Source of the DNA: an uncultured Parachlamydiaceae bacterium
Lineage (GTDB): Bacteria > Chlamydiota > Chlamydiia > Chlamydiales > Parachlamydiaceae
Direction of reading: 5' to 3'
Assembly: GCA_963752155.1 (NCBI GenBank)
Contig: CAVVXH010000010.1
Coordinates: 64,001 to 128,000 of the forward strand
Length of the DNA: 64,000 bases
In this document: piece by piece, positions 39,560 to 48,070 of the stretch
Numbering within the stretch: position 1 is the stretch's first letter
Layout of the letters: each line of letters starts with the position of its first letter
Notes under the pieces: generated by a model
The model's input: only the letters and a program-made list of their open reading frames with translations
Database searches by the model: none
What the model was told of the DNA's origin: nothing
Made by a program: the position numbers and the translations under genes

Positions 39560-41162
39560 TATTTACATATCGAATAAAAACATCTCCTAGAGGGTATTCA
39601 GAGCCTCGTCCTCCAAAACGATCGATAATTTTCTTAGCGAGAACTTTGCCCAATTGTACTCCTTCTTGATCAAATGAATTTGTGTGCCAGATAAATCCCT
39701 GAAAAGCTACTTTATTTTCATAAAACGAAAGTAAAGCTCCTAAAGCAAAAGGAGTTAGTTTTTGTCCCAGAAGGAGGTAACTAGGTCGATTTCCTTGAAA
39801 GTTCTTATTGGGGTTATCATTTTTTTGACCGGTTGCTAAAGCAATCATTTGAGCAAACACATTAGCTAACAGCTTTTGTTGTGAAGTTGTACCATTGACA
39901 ACTTGATGATTTGGGAGTTGTGGTTCTTTATAAGAGATGAATTCTAAGGGAATCGGAGTCGTTCCTTGGTGAATCAGCTGATAAAAAGAGTGCTGAGCAC
40001 TTGTGCCGGGCTCCCCAAAGATGATTGGGCCTGTATCAAAAGTGACAAATCGTCCCATTTTATCGACATGCTTGCCGTTTGATTCCATGTCGAGCTGTTG
40101 GATATGTGCAGGGAATCTAGCAAGGGCTTGTGAGTAAGGGATAATGGCAACCATAGGATGATTGAGGAAATTGCGGTTCCAAATTCCAAGTAAGGCAGCA
40201 AGCAAAGGAAGATTGGTGTCTAATGACTTCGTTAAAGCAATCTTGTCCATAGCATTGGCTCCTCGCAATAGCTCCCAAAAGCTATCAAAGCCAAAAGCAA
40301 AAGCCAGTAGGACTCCGCCAACCATGCTAGTTGTCGAGTAGCGTCCTCCAATCCAATCCCACATGTAAAAAACTTCTCGATAATTATTTTTGTCATCAAG
40401 AGGGCTGCCTGGGCAAGTCACTGAAATAAAATGTCCTTTGCCATTGAGACCCACTGCTTCAAAACGTGAGCGTATAATTTCTTCATTCGTAACTGTTTCT
40501 AGAGTCGTTCCTGTTTTAGAGATGACTAGAATTAACGTCTTGGAAAGATCGCATTTTCTAATCACCAGCTCCAAAGCGTCAGGATCAATATTACTTAGAA
40601 AAGAGGCGGATCGACCGGGTTTTAAATAGGCCTGCAAAGCTTCATAATGAGCTTTGGGTCCCAATTCTGAACCTCCTATTCCAACGACAACGATATGTGC
40701 CCATCGATTTTCCTCATCGATTTTTTTGACAAAGGCCTTGAGTTTATCGATTTCTTGGGCGGCAAGCTTTGTAGCTTCTTTTGCAGATGAAGTCTCGATT
40801 GGATTTTCAAAAAAGTCTCGCGCAGCAGTGTGTAGGGCAGCTCTCTGTTCGCTAGGGTATCCTTCAATGAAGTTGACAACTTCTCCCGATTGCATTTGTT
40901 CCATTTGCTCAAAGGCGTGCGATTCAAGAGCTAATTCATAAAGAGCGTCGATGCAATTTTTGTCTATACGTTCGGTGGAGTAAAATAACGTATACCCGCA
41001 GGCATGAGCGGTGAATTGTTCGATTCTCTTAGCTGTCAGGTTATTTTCAGCTGATAAATCGTATGGAGTTTTAGCTAAGATCTTCAATTTTTGAACGGCT
41101 TTCATCTCAGAAAATGAAGCGGCAATATACTTAGAACCCATTTTGGGGTTGTTTGATGCCAT
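39546..41162 (-). CDS. pgi: Glucose-6-phosphate isomerase
   Basis: GIGGSELGP, SKTGTTLET, IGGRYS, QQLDMESNGK, HSFYQLIHQG and FDQEGVQLGK. Confidence 0.97.
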   Translation of the reverse strand: MASNNPKMGSKYIAASFSEMKAVQKLKILAKTPYDLSAENNLTAKRIEQFTAHACGYTLFYSTERIDKNCIDALYELALESHAFEQMEQMQSGEVVNFIEGYPSEQRAALHTAARDFFENPIETSSAKEATKLAAQEIDKLKAFVKKIDEENRWAHIVVVGIGGSELGPKAHYEALQAYLKPGRSASFLSNIDPDALELVIRKCDLSKTLILVISKTGTTLETVTNEEIIRSRFEAVGLNGKGHFISVTCPGSPLDDKNNYREVFYMWDWIGGRYSTTSMVGGVLLAFAFGFDSFWELLRGANAMDKIALTKSLDTNLPLLAALLGIWNRNFLNHPMVAIIPYSQALARFPAHIQQLDMESNGKHVDKMGRFVTFDTGPIIFGEPGTSAQHSFYQLIHQGTTPIPLEFISYKEPQLPNHQVVNGTTSQQKLLANVFAQMIALATGQKNDNPNKNFQGNRPSYLLLGQKLTPFALGALLSFYENKVAFQGFIWHTNSFDQEGVQLGKVLAKKIIDRFGGRGSEYPLGDVFIRYVNNGKS

Positions 41163-42258
41163 GGCGACTCCTTAGTTGAGAATAATAGATAAGCCCAAAT
41201 CCCAATACAATAAAAGGGATGCTTAAAATTTGGCCGGCTTGCAAATAACTTTCATCGAGGACTGTGCTTTGAGGAGCTTTAAGATATTCGAGGAAAAAGC
41301 GGGAGCCATAAATACAGATAAAGAGTACTCCAAGAATAAAACCATGGGGCCAAGATGTTTTGCGAAATTTCCATAGGCTTATTAACAAAATGAAGGTTAA
41401 GAGATAGGCAAAAGCTTCATAGAGTTGTACGGGATGGCGCGGAATCATTGTAACATAGTCCATGGGATGCCCAAAAATGACTCCCCAAGGCAGTGTCGTA
41501 GGTGTGCCCAAGATTTCTTGATTAACAAAGTTGCCGATGCGAATAAAGACAACTCCAAAAGCTGTAGGAATAGCAACTAAATCTGCCAATGCAAGAAAGG
41601 TGATTTCTGGAAATTTTTTTCGTAAATAATGGCTATAAAAGAATAGAGCCAATAGTATTCCCACGGTTCCTCCATGACTTGCAAGGCCTCCTTCCCAAAT
41701 TTTGGGAATATCCAATAAGTGGTTTTGATAGTGATCCCATTGGTAAAAAAACACATGCCCTAATCGGGCTCCAACGATAGCTCCAATGATCACCCACCAC
41801 AAAAGTCCATCCACGTATTTAAAACAGAGTTCCTTCATAGGTACAATACAGCCTGGTAGGATTGTTTCAAGTTGTTGTCGTTTGAATTTTGATAAGACTT
41901 CCAATATCCTCGTTTTGGCGAACGGAGTGAGTTCTCGATTGGTTTGTATAAGATGACGTGTTTGTTTGTCAAATTTTTCGTAAAATGGAGAATTTGAATC
42001 GGTTATCGTGGCGGCAAGTAGGTGTTGAATTTTTAGCCAGCTGGCGATGTCTCTATCAAGGATGTTTGGTGATCTTAGAAGCTTTTCTCTAAGGAGTGGT
42101 AATAGGATGAAGAATCCAGCAAGAACGCCTCCCATGAAAAGGAGACCATACCATTTAAGAGGATGGTTAAAATAGGGGAGTACAAAGATGTCTGGATTAG
42201 GATCCCAATAGAAATAGGCCAATAAAGCTGATTGGATATGGGAGAAAAATGTTATCAT
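41131..42258 (-). CDS. lgt: Prolipoprotein diacylglyceryl transferase (with long insertion)
   Basis: WYGLLF, GARLGHVFFY, IWEGGLASHGG, RIGNFVNQE and RHPVQLYE. Confidence 0.95.
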   Translation of the reverse strand: MITFFSHIQSALLAYFYWDPNPDIFVLPYFNHPLKWYGLLFMGGVLAGFFILLPLLREKLLRSPNILDRDIASWLKIQHLLAATITDSNSPFYEKFDKQTRHLIQTNRELTPFAKTRILEVLSKFKRQQLETILPGCIVPMKELCFKYVDGLLWWVIIGAIVGARLGHVFFYQWDHYQNHLLDIPKIWEGGLASHGGTVGILLALFFYSHYLRKKFPEITFLALADLVAIPTAFGVVFIRIGNFVNQEILGTPTTLPWGVIFGHPMDYVTMIPRHPVQLYEAFAYLLTFILLISLWKFRKTSWPHGFILGVLFICIYGSRFFLEYLKAPQSTVLDESYLQAGQILSIPFIVLGFGLIYYSQLRSRHGIKQPQNGF

Positions 42259-42314
42259 AAAAATCCTTCCAAAAAAAAACTTCTACCTTCACGTCTAAAG
42301 GTAGAAGCTTTATG

Positions 42315-42389
42315 TCGGAGTAGAGGGATTCGAACCCCCGACCTACTGCTCCCAAAGCAGCCGCGCTAGCCAAGCTGCGCTATACTCCG
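42315..42389 (-). tRNA. tRNA-Pro (anticodon TGG), CCA not encoded
   Basis: Reverse complement cggagtatagcgcagcttggctagcgcggctgctttgggagcagtaggtcgggggttcgaatccctctactccga folds as a cloverleaf. Confidence 0.96.
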
Positions 42390-42403
42390 TGACTGTTATT
42401 GAT

Positions 42404-42563
42404 GGCCTCATTCACCTTTTGGGTCAAAAATACGGTCGACTGCGAAACGCCGACTGCATTGCTTTGCTCCTCGGCAATAGCTTAGGCTATTACCTCGTCG
42501 CAAATCACCACATTCGGCATTTCTCATCTGACCGTATTTTCGACCGAAAAGGCGAACGAGGCC
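42404..42563. repeat. ~160-bp imperfect palindromic element (MITE-like)
   Basis: ggcctcattcaccttttgggtcaaaaatacggtc / gaccgtattttcgaccgaaaaggcgaacgaggcc arms with a central aatagc...gctatt hairpin. Confidence 0.75.
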
Positions 42564-42581
42564 TTATTGATTAACGACTTA

Positions 42582-42610
42582 AATGTAGCAAAAGCTAAAA
42601 TTGGATGCAA
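42582..42610 (-). promoter_or_regulatory. Putative sigma66/70 promoter for tRNA-Pro
   Basis: Minus strand reads TTGCAT-N17-TACATT. Confidence 0.5.
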
Positions 42611-42728
42611 TAGGAAATTGAGAAATTTTCATTTATGACTTTAGAAACAGTTTTAACAAGCTATTTTATTTATATCAATTTCCAAGGGGCCGCATTCTCT
42701 TGCATTTAAAACTCTCTCAGTTTAGCCT

Positions 42729-44129
42729 TTAATCGTTTTTAAGAATCACTTGTGGAGGATTCCATTCACCAATTAAGACTTCGTTTTTAGGCGCATAGAG
42801 TCGCATTGTAAGATTGAAAGGTCCTTTCGGTGCTGGAAGCCAATTTGTATCTTTATCAATTCTAGGGCTTTGATTAGAAATATACAAGTCTAAAGAGCCA
42901 TCCTCATTGTATTTAAAGGGCATCCAACTACTAAGTGCAAATCGATTCAAATGATTTGCCACCTGATAACCTTGTGCGTCATAAAGTGTTATCGACCAAA
43001 AGGCGTTCACAGGTGGTAAGCTTTCTTTGTCGAAATGAATTACATAACTATTTACTCCATCTAAAGGATGATTCGTATTGTCAGCTAGATTAAGAGGATA
43101 GATAGCATCTTCTGGAAGGTTAGCTCCAAGACCTTCATGCGCAATAATCGCGCGTTTCAAGTAATAATTACCATAAACTCCCATCGTGTTGGTATTCATT
43201 GACCACCCATTTTCGACTTTTGCAATAGTGGGAAGTTTTAGCTTAATGAGTTTGAGACCGGATGCAGGAGCTTGAGATAACCCTTTTTTTACAACCTCAG
43301 GAGCATTGTTTAAATCAAAATTCTTTCCTTGTTCGAATCCTATTCGTTTTAGAATGGCTAAGATAGGCTCGTCCGTTATGTGTGGAGGATGCAATTTAAG
43401 TAGTTCTGAGGCATAAGCAAAAAACTTGTCGGCGGGCATTGCGTCTACTTGCTCTTTTGGCGGGGTTTTCATATCGATACTCGAATAAATCTTAGGTATA
43501 ATTTGTGATGAATCTTTACCCCAATCGCTCAAAAGAGTAATCTTAAGACCTTCTTGAAGTTGGTGGACTGCATCATAATCTGCAGGGCCATCTGTTTTGA
43601 TTCGTCCGATGATCCATACATATGGTGTGGGAGCTATGATGGGTTCAACACTTTCAGGTAATTGCCCCTTCCAACCTTGTGGAACTATTGCGAAATGTGC
43701 TGATTTGGTGCCCGTAGTTCTCCATCCGGGCGATGCAAAAACATCTGTCCACATATCGAGTAAAGGTAAAAGATAGTATCTCTCATTAGTATCTGGGACG
43801 GATACAATTACAGGTCCTTTGGTAAGATCAAGCCAGCTGGAAGAATAGAGCGTATCGAAATTGGGTCGTACGATGACTTTCATATCTGCAGTAGGATATT
43901 CTGATATGTTGGCAAATGTATTCATTGGGCCAAATCCTGGAATTTTCCCGGATTCTACGTTAGTCATTTGTTGACGCGTGATATCCATCGTTACTAGTGG
44001 ATAAAAATAGAGATAAGCAGATAAACCGATATCGTATGCTTCCTTTTCGGAGATTTCCTTAACTTTAATTGTTGAGGCAAACAGCACCGGTATAAAGCTT
44101 AAGAAAAGACATAAAGTAGACATTTTCAT
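42729..44129 (-). CDS. DUF1254/DUF1214 exported protein
   Basis: Signal peptide, AYLYFYPLV, RPNFDTLYS, GLGANLPEDAIYP, FWSITLYD, NWLPAP and RLYAP. Confidence 0.9.
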   Translation of the reverse strand: MKMSTLCLFLSFIPVLFASTIKVKEISEKEAYDIGLSAYLYFYPLVTMDITRQQMTNVESGKIPGFGPMNTFANISEYPTADMKVIVRPNFDTLYSSSWLDLTKGPVIVSVPDTNERYYLLPLLDMWTDVFASPGWRTTGTKSAHFAIVPQGWKGQLPESVEPIIAPTPYVWIIGRIKTDGPADYDAVHQLQEGLKITLLSDWGKDSSQIIPKIYSSIDMKTPPKEQVDAMPADKFFAYASELLKLHPPHITDEPILAILKRIGFEQGKNFDLNNAPEVVKKGLSQAPASGLKLIKLKLPTIAKVENGWSMNTNTMGVYGNYYLKRAIIAHEGLGANLPEDAIYPLNLADNTNHPLDGVNSYVIHFDKESLPPVNAFWSITLYDAQGYQVANHLNRFALSSWMPFKYNEDGSLDLYISNQSPRIDKDTNWLPAPKGPFNLTMRLYAPKNEVLIGEWNPPQVILKND

Positions 44130-44385
44130 ACTACCTCCTCACATTACTTTTTCTCATTTATTTACCATAATTTCATTAATGGAAAGGGTTTTTTTTAAGA
44201 AAAATATGTGATACAGTTATTTGAGAAAAGCATCGAAAACCACAGGTTTTTGATGATTTTTCGCAGCCAGCGTGCTATTGAGCAGAATGTGTAGGGAGAT
44301 TATGTTCGAAAGTTAGATAGAGCTTAATTTTTGGTATTCTGCTATTGTCTTATACAATCAAACATTCTTAAAAATAAGAAACACA

Positions 44386-45228
44386 ATGATTGGAAACAAG
44401 ATTGCTGAAAATGCTACAAGAGGCCTGATTAATACCCGTTCATTATTAAGAACGACGGATCCATTTAGTGGTTTACCATACGAACTACTGTGGAAAATTT
44501 TAAAGGAAATTCCAGCCCTTGGGTGCCTTGAATTGTCAACGGTTTCTAAGCATTTTAATGCAGTTTTTGAGGATGATTTATTTTGGAAGAATAAATCGAT
44601 TAAATTATATTCAAAAAAAAAGCGCTTCGCAATGCGTTCTAGATTAATTTTTTCTGTTTGCAACGAAATAGCTAAAATAAAGGGATTCATGCATGATAGT
44701 ATGGTCTCTGATTTTGATGAGCACCTTAAGCGTACAAAGTATGAACTTCTTTTTTTTGATCAGCCGGAGCCAGAACAAACTTTTAAGTTTTTGTCATATC
44801 TTTCAGAAGAAAAAGCAAGTTGTTACAGATTATGTCAACTATTAAAACATGTTAATAAAAAATTGTGGAGTAATAAAGATTTTATTATGCAAATCTTGTC
44901 TTTAAAATCTGTGAGTGATCAAATCGTAAAATACATAGACAAAGAATTTTGGAATGATAGAGAGTTTATTTTATGTGTGTTGCCCATGACGTCATGTCTA
45001 AGCAATATTGAGAAATATTTGCCGGTTCATATTTTGAAAGATAAGTCATTTATTATAAAATATGTTTCTTTAGTTGCATCGCCATTTTACATATTAGAAA
45101 GAATAAACAAAATGAATGAGAGTGACCAGTTTTGGTCTGATAGAGATTTTACTTTACAGTTAGCCCCTTATTGTCGATTGAAATGTTTGCCAAAAAGTCT
45201 TCAGTTCCTAGAAAACCAAATGAGTTAA
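44386..45228 (+). CDS. F-box-like protein with W-x-D-(K/R)-x-F repeats, putative effector (C-terminus probably continues through frameshifts to ~45670)
   Basis: FSGLPYELLWKILKEIPALGCLELSTVSKHFN and repeats LWSNKDFI, FWNDREFI, FWSDRDF. Confidence 0.7.
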   Translation: MIGNKIAENATRGLINTRSLLRTTDPFSGLPYELLWKILKEIPALGCLELSTVSKHFNAVFEDDLFWKNKSIKLYSKKKRFAMRSRLIFSVCNEIAKIKGFMHDSMVSDFDEHLKRTKYELLFFDQPEPEQTFKFLSYLSEEKASCYRLCQLLKHVNKKLWSNKDFIMQILSLKSVSDQIVKYIDKEFWNDREFILCVLPMTSCLSNIEKYLPVHILKDKSFIIKYVSLVASPFYILERINKMNESDQFWSDRDFTLQLAPYCRLKCLPKSLQFLENQMS

Positions 45229-45683
45229 GGATTTGGTTTTCATCAAAAGGGAATTGCTAGTATGCCGTGTATTTCCTTTGAATAAAATGTAGCCTTTTGT
45301 TAAAATAATGTATACAAAATTATGGAAGAATAAAAATTTTATAGTACGATTAGGGTCTTTAAAGAATATAAATTTTAATTTGTTTTTAAAATTCATCGAC
45401 GAAGAATGTTGGAAGGATAGAAATTTCATTTTTAAATTAATACCCTTAGTCCCAATACACCACTTATCAAGAATTTTTCTGGGTGAGCAAGCAATTAGTC
45501 ATTTATTGCAGAATGTGTTTCTTTAGCTTCTAAGAACGATGCATGGGAATTGTTAAAATGGGTTAATAGTAAAAATATTTTTGAAAAGCCAATAATGATA
45601 AAGCTAATAAATATTTATTTTTTGATTCCTGATAAGAATTGCGCAAATTGTAGGTCATCATTCAACACTAAATAGGTAGGACA

Positions 45684-46802
45684 ATGATTGAAATTGAAAA
45701 TTTTATGGTAAATGAATTCAGTACCACTCCTGTATCGGGGACTGAATTGGCCTTTGAATTAATTTTAAACGAGATTTCACCTTCTGAATGTCTTGCATTG
45801 TCAACGATTTCTAAGAATATCAACGCTATGATTGATAATAATTCATTTTGGTCGAAGAGATCGACTAAATTGCATCCGATAGAGGGTTTATCAATGCGTT
45901 CTCAACTCATTTTCTCTCTTTGCGTCGAGTTTTCTGTGGTGCAAAGTTTTTTAGTTGGTGGTTTAAGAGATGATTTTCAAGACTACCTACAGGGGAAAAA
46001 ACATAAACTTCTTTTTTTAGACCAATCAGATTCCTATTTCAATTTCAAGGTTTTGTCTAAAATTTCAAAGAAGGAAAGCATCAATTTTCATCGGTTAAAT
46101 CAAATTTTAAAACTAATTAATGCCGAACTGTGGAAGAAGAAAACTTTCATTTTACAAGTATTGTCTGCAGAGTCTTTATTTGGTGAAATTTTAATGTATA
46201 TTGATAAAGAACTTTGGAATGATAAAGATTTTATTTTACGTGTTTTACCTTTGGTTCCAGAATACTGTTCTATTGAGCAATTCTTGCCAAGAAATGTTTT
46301 AATTGATAAACCATTTATTATAAAATATGTTTCATTAGTTAAATCCCCGTGCCACATATTAAAAATAATAAATCAAATTAATGAATGCAAGGAATTTTGG
46401 AATGATAAAGATTTTGTTTTAGGAGTGCTTTCATATGATAATTTAATTGCTTATTTGCCTGAAAGATTTTTGAGTGATGCGAAGTTTATCGGTGAATTTA
46501 TTTCTTTAGCTTCTCGGGAGCATGCCTATAATTTGTTAAAAATTGTTACTGAAAAAATCGAAATTGAAAAATCAATCAATAAAGAATGTATATATCCTTA
46601 CGGTGAAAAGATAATGAATCTTTACTGTTTGAGGTTTAGTCATTTTGATAGCCGTTATAATGATCTGATGAGAAGACTTCAATTAGATCCTTCCAATCAT
46701 CAAATGACGGCGCTAGGAATAAGTAAACTTAATAGTGCTCAGAAAGAAATGTTCATTCAACAAATAAAGTCATCTATATGTATTGCTCATAATTTTTCTT
46801 AG
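45684..46802 (+). CDS. F-box-like protein, paralogue of 44386-45228
   Basis: ELAFELILNEISPSECLALSTISKNIN...FW and repeats LWNDKDFIL, FWNDKDFVL. Confidence 0.75.
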   Translation: MIEIENFMVNEFSTTPVSGTELAFELILNEISPSECLALSTISKNINAMIDNNSFWSKRSTKLHPIEGLSMRSQLIFSLCVEFSVVQSFLVGGLRDDFQDYLQGKKHKLLFLDQSDSYFNFKVLSKISKKESINFHRLNQILKLINAELWKKKTFILQVLSAESLFGEILMYIDKELWNDKDFILRVLPLVPEYCSIEQFLPRNVLIDKPFIIKYVSLVKSPCHILKIINQINECKEFWNDKDFVLGVLSYDNLIAYLPERFLSDAKFIGEFISLASREHAYNLLKIVTEKIEIEKSINKECIYPYGEKIMNLYCLRFSHFDSRYNDLMRRLQLDPSNHQMTALGISKLNSAQKEMFIQQIKSSICIAHNFS

Positions 46803-46822
46803 TATTTAGCGTTAGTCTACTA

Positions 46823-48010
46823 TTATTTTAAGATTTCTCCTTGCCAAAGCATCCCTAGGAAAATGTTCCAGGGCATAATTTCAATAGTCTGTCCGTTGGG
46901 TGAAATCAGTTTTCTAGACCGTGGTATATTACAGACTACAATAGCTTTTCTTGGCGTATATTCACTTTGGAAGGCTATTAGTCCATGTATGTCGTTGTTA
47001 TTGATTGTTTTGCTAATTTTAACTTCTATAGCGATTTCTGCGTTGCCAAGAATGAAATCTACTTCTAAACCGTTATTTGTTCTCCAAAAGTGAATATCGA
47101 ATTCACATTCGTTGAGAGATTTATAAGCCCATAATTCCATTAAAATATAATTTTCAAAAGCATTTCCTGCTTCTATTCCCTTTAGTTCAAGAAGTGTTCT
47201 TTTTTGGAGTTGATTTACAATACCAACATCGAAGAAGTAAAATTTTGGACTTGAGACGAGATCTTCTCGCTTAATTTTTTGTTTATAGGGATAGAGATAA
47301 TAACCTACCAGAGTATCAACAAGGATTTGGTAATATTCTTTAATTGTTTTGGAATCGACGCTACAGTCTCTAGCAATGTTTGCATAATTTAATGTTTCTC
47401 CAGCTGAAAAGGCTGCAACATCAAGAAATTGAGCAAATGATCGTAAATTTCTGACCAGACCCTCTGCCTTAATTTCTTCTTTTAAATAATCGTTAACATA
47501 GGACTTAATGGTTTTACTCCAATGCTTAGCAGAATAGTGCGAAGGGATAAGCCCATAATTTAAAGCATGTAGTAGGTTAAAATCTTTAATTTCTGGGTAG
47601 ACAAGAGGGAAGAATTCATAGCGCCACGCTCTTCCTCCTAAGAGATTAATTCCTTCTTTTTTTAATTTACGTGCACTAGAACCACACAGGATAAAGTAGG
47701 CTGAGGAATTTTCTATTAACCAATGGACTTCATCAAGTAAAATGGGGATTTTTTGAATTTCATCGATGATGATTGGATAACTTAAAGTTTCTTCATTTAG
47801 GGCTAAAATTTCTTCACGTAGTAGATGCGGAGATTTAAGTAATCGAAAATATAGATCTGTTTCAAGAAGGTCATAGTAGATTGAATTTGGGAAATGTCGT
47901 TTAAGATAAAAAGATTTTCCTGTTTTACGAGCTCCCCAAAGAAAAGTTGATTGTCCTTTTGGCAAATGCATTTGTAAATGACGTGTGTACTCAGTTTCAA
48001 GGTGTTTCAT
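46823..48010 (-). CDS. AAA_14 ATPase with DUF4143 / PD-(D/E)XK-like domain
   Basis: GARKTGKS, IIDEIQK, CGSSARKL, PKFYFFDVG and FWRT..GLEVDFI...IEVK. Confidence 0.9.
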   Translation of the reverse strand: MKHLETEYTRHLQMHLPKGQSTFLWGARKTGKSFYLKRHFPNSIYYDLLETDLYFRLLKSPHLLREEILALNEETLSYPIIIDEIQKIPILLDEVHWLIENSSAYFILCGSSARKLKKEGINLLGGRAWRYEFFPLVYPEIKDFNLLHALNYGLIPSHYSAKHWSKTIKSYVNDYLKEEIKAEGLVRNLRSFAQFLDVAAFSAGETLNYANIARDCSVDSKTIKEYYQILVDTLVGYYLYPYKQKIKREDLVSSPKFYFFDVGIVNQLQKRTLLELKGIEAGNAFENYILMELWAYKSLNECEFDIHFWRTNNGLEVDFILGNAEIAIEVKISKTINNNDIHGLIAFQSEYTPRKAIVVCNIPRSRKLISPNGQTIEIMPWNIFLGMLWQGEILK

Positions 48011-48070
48011 AAAGAGTGCCTTTTCTAAAATATGGATCTCTACTCCAGATTTTAACGGAAAATCAGGAAT

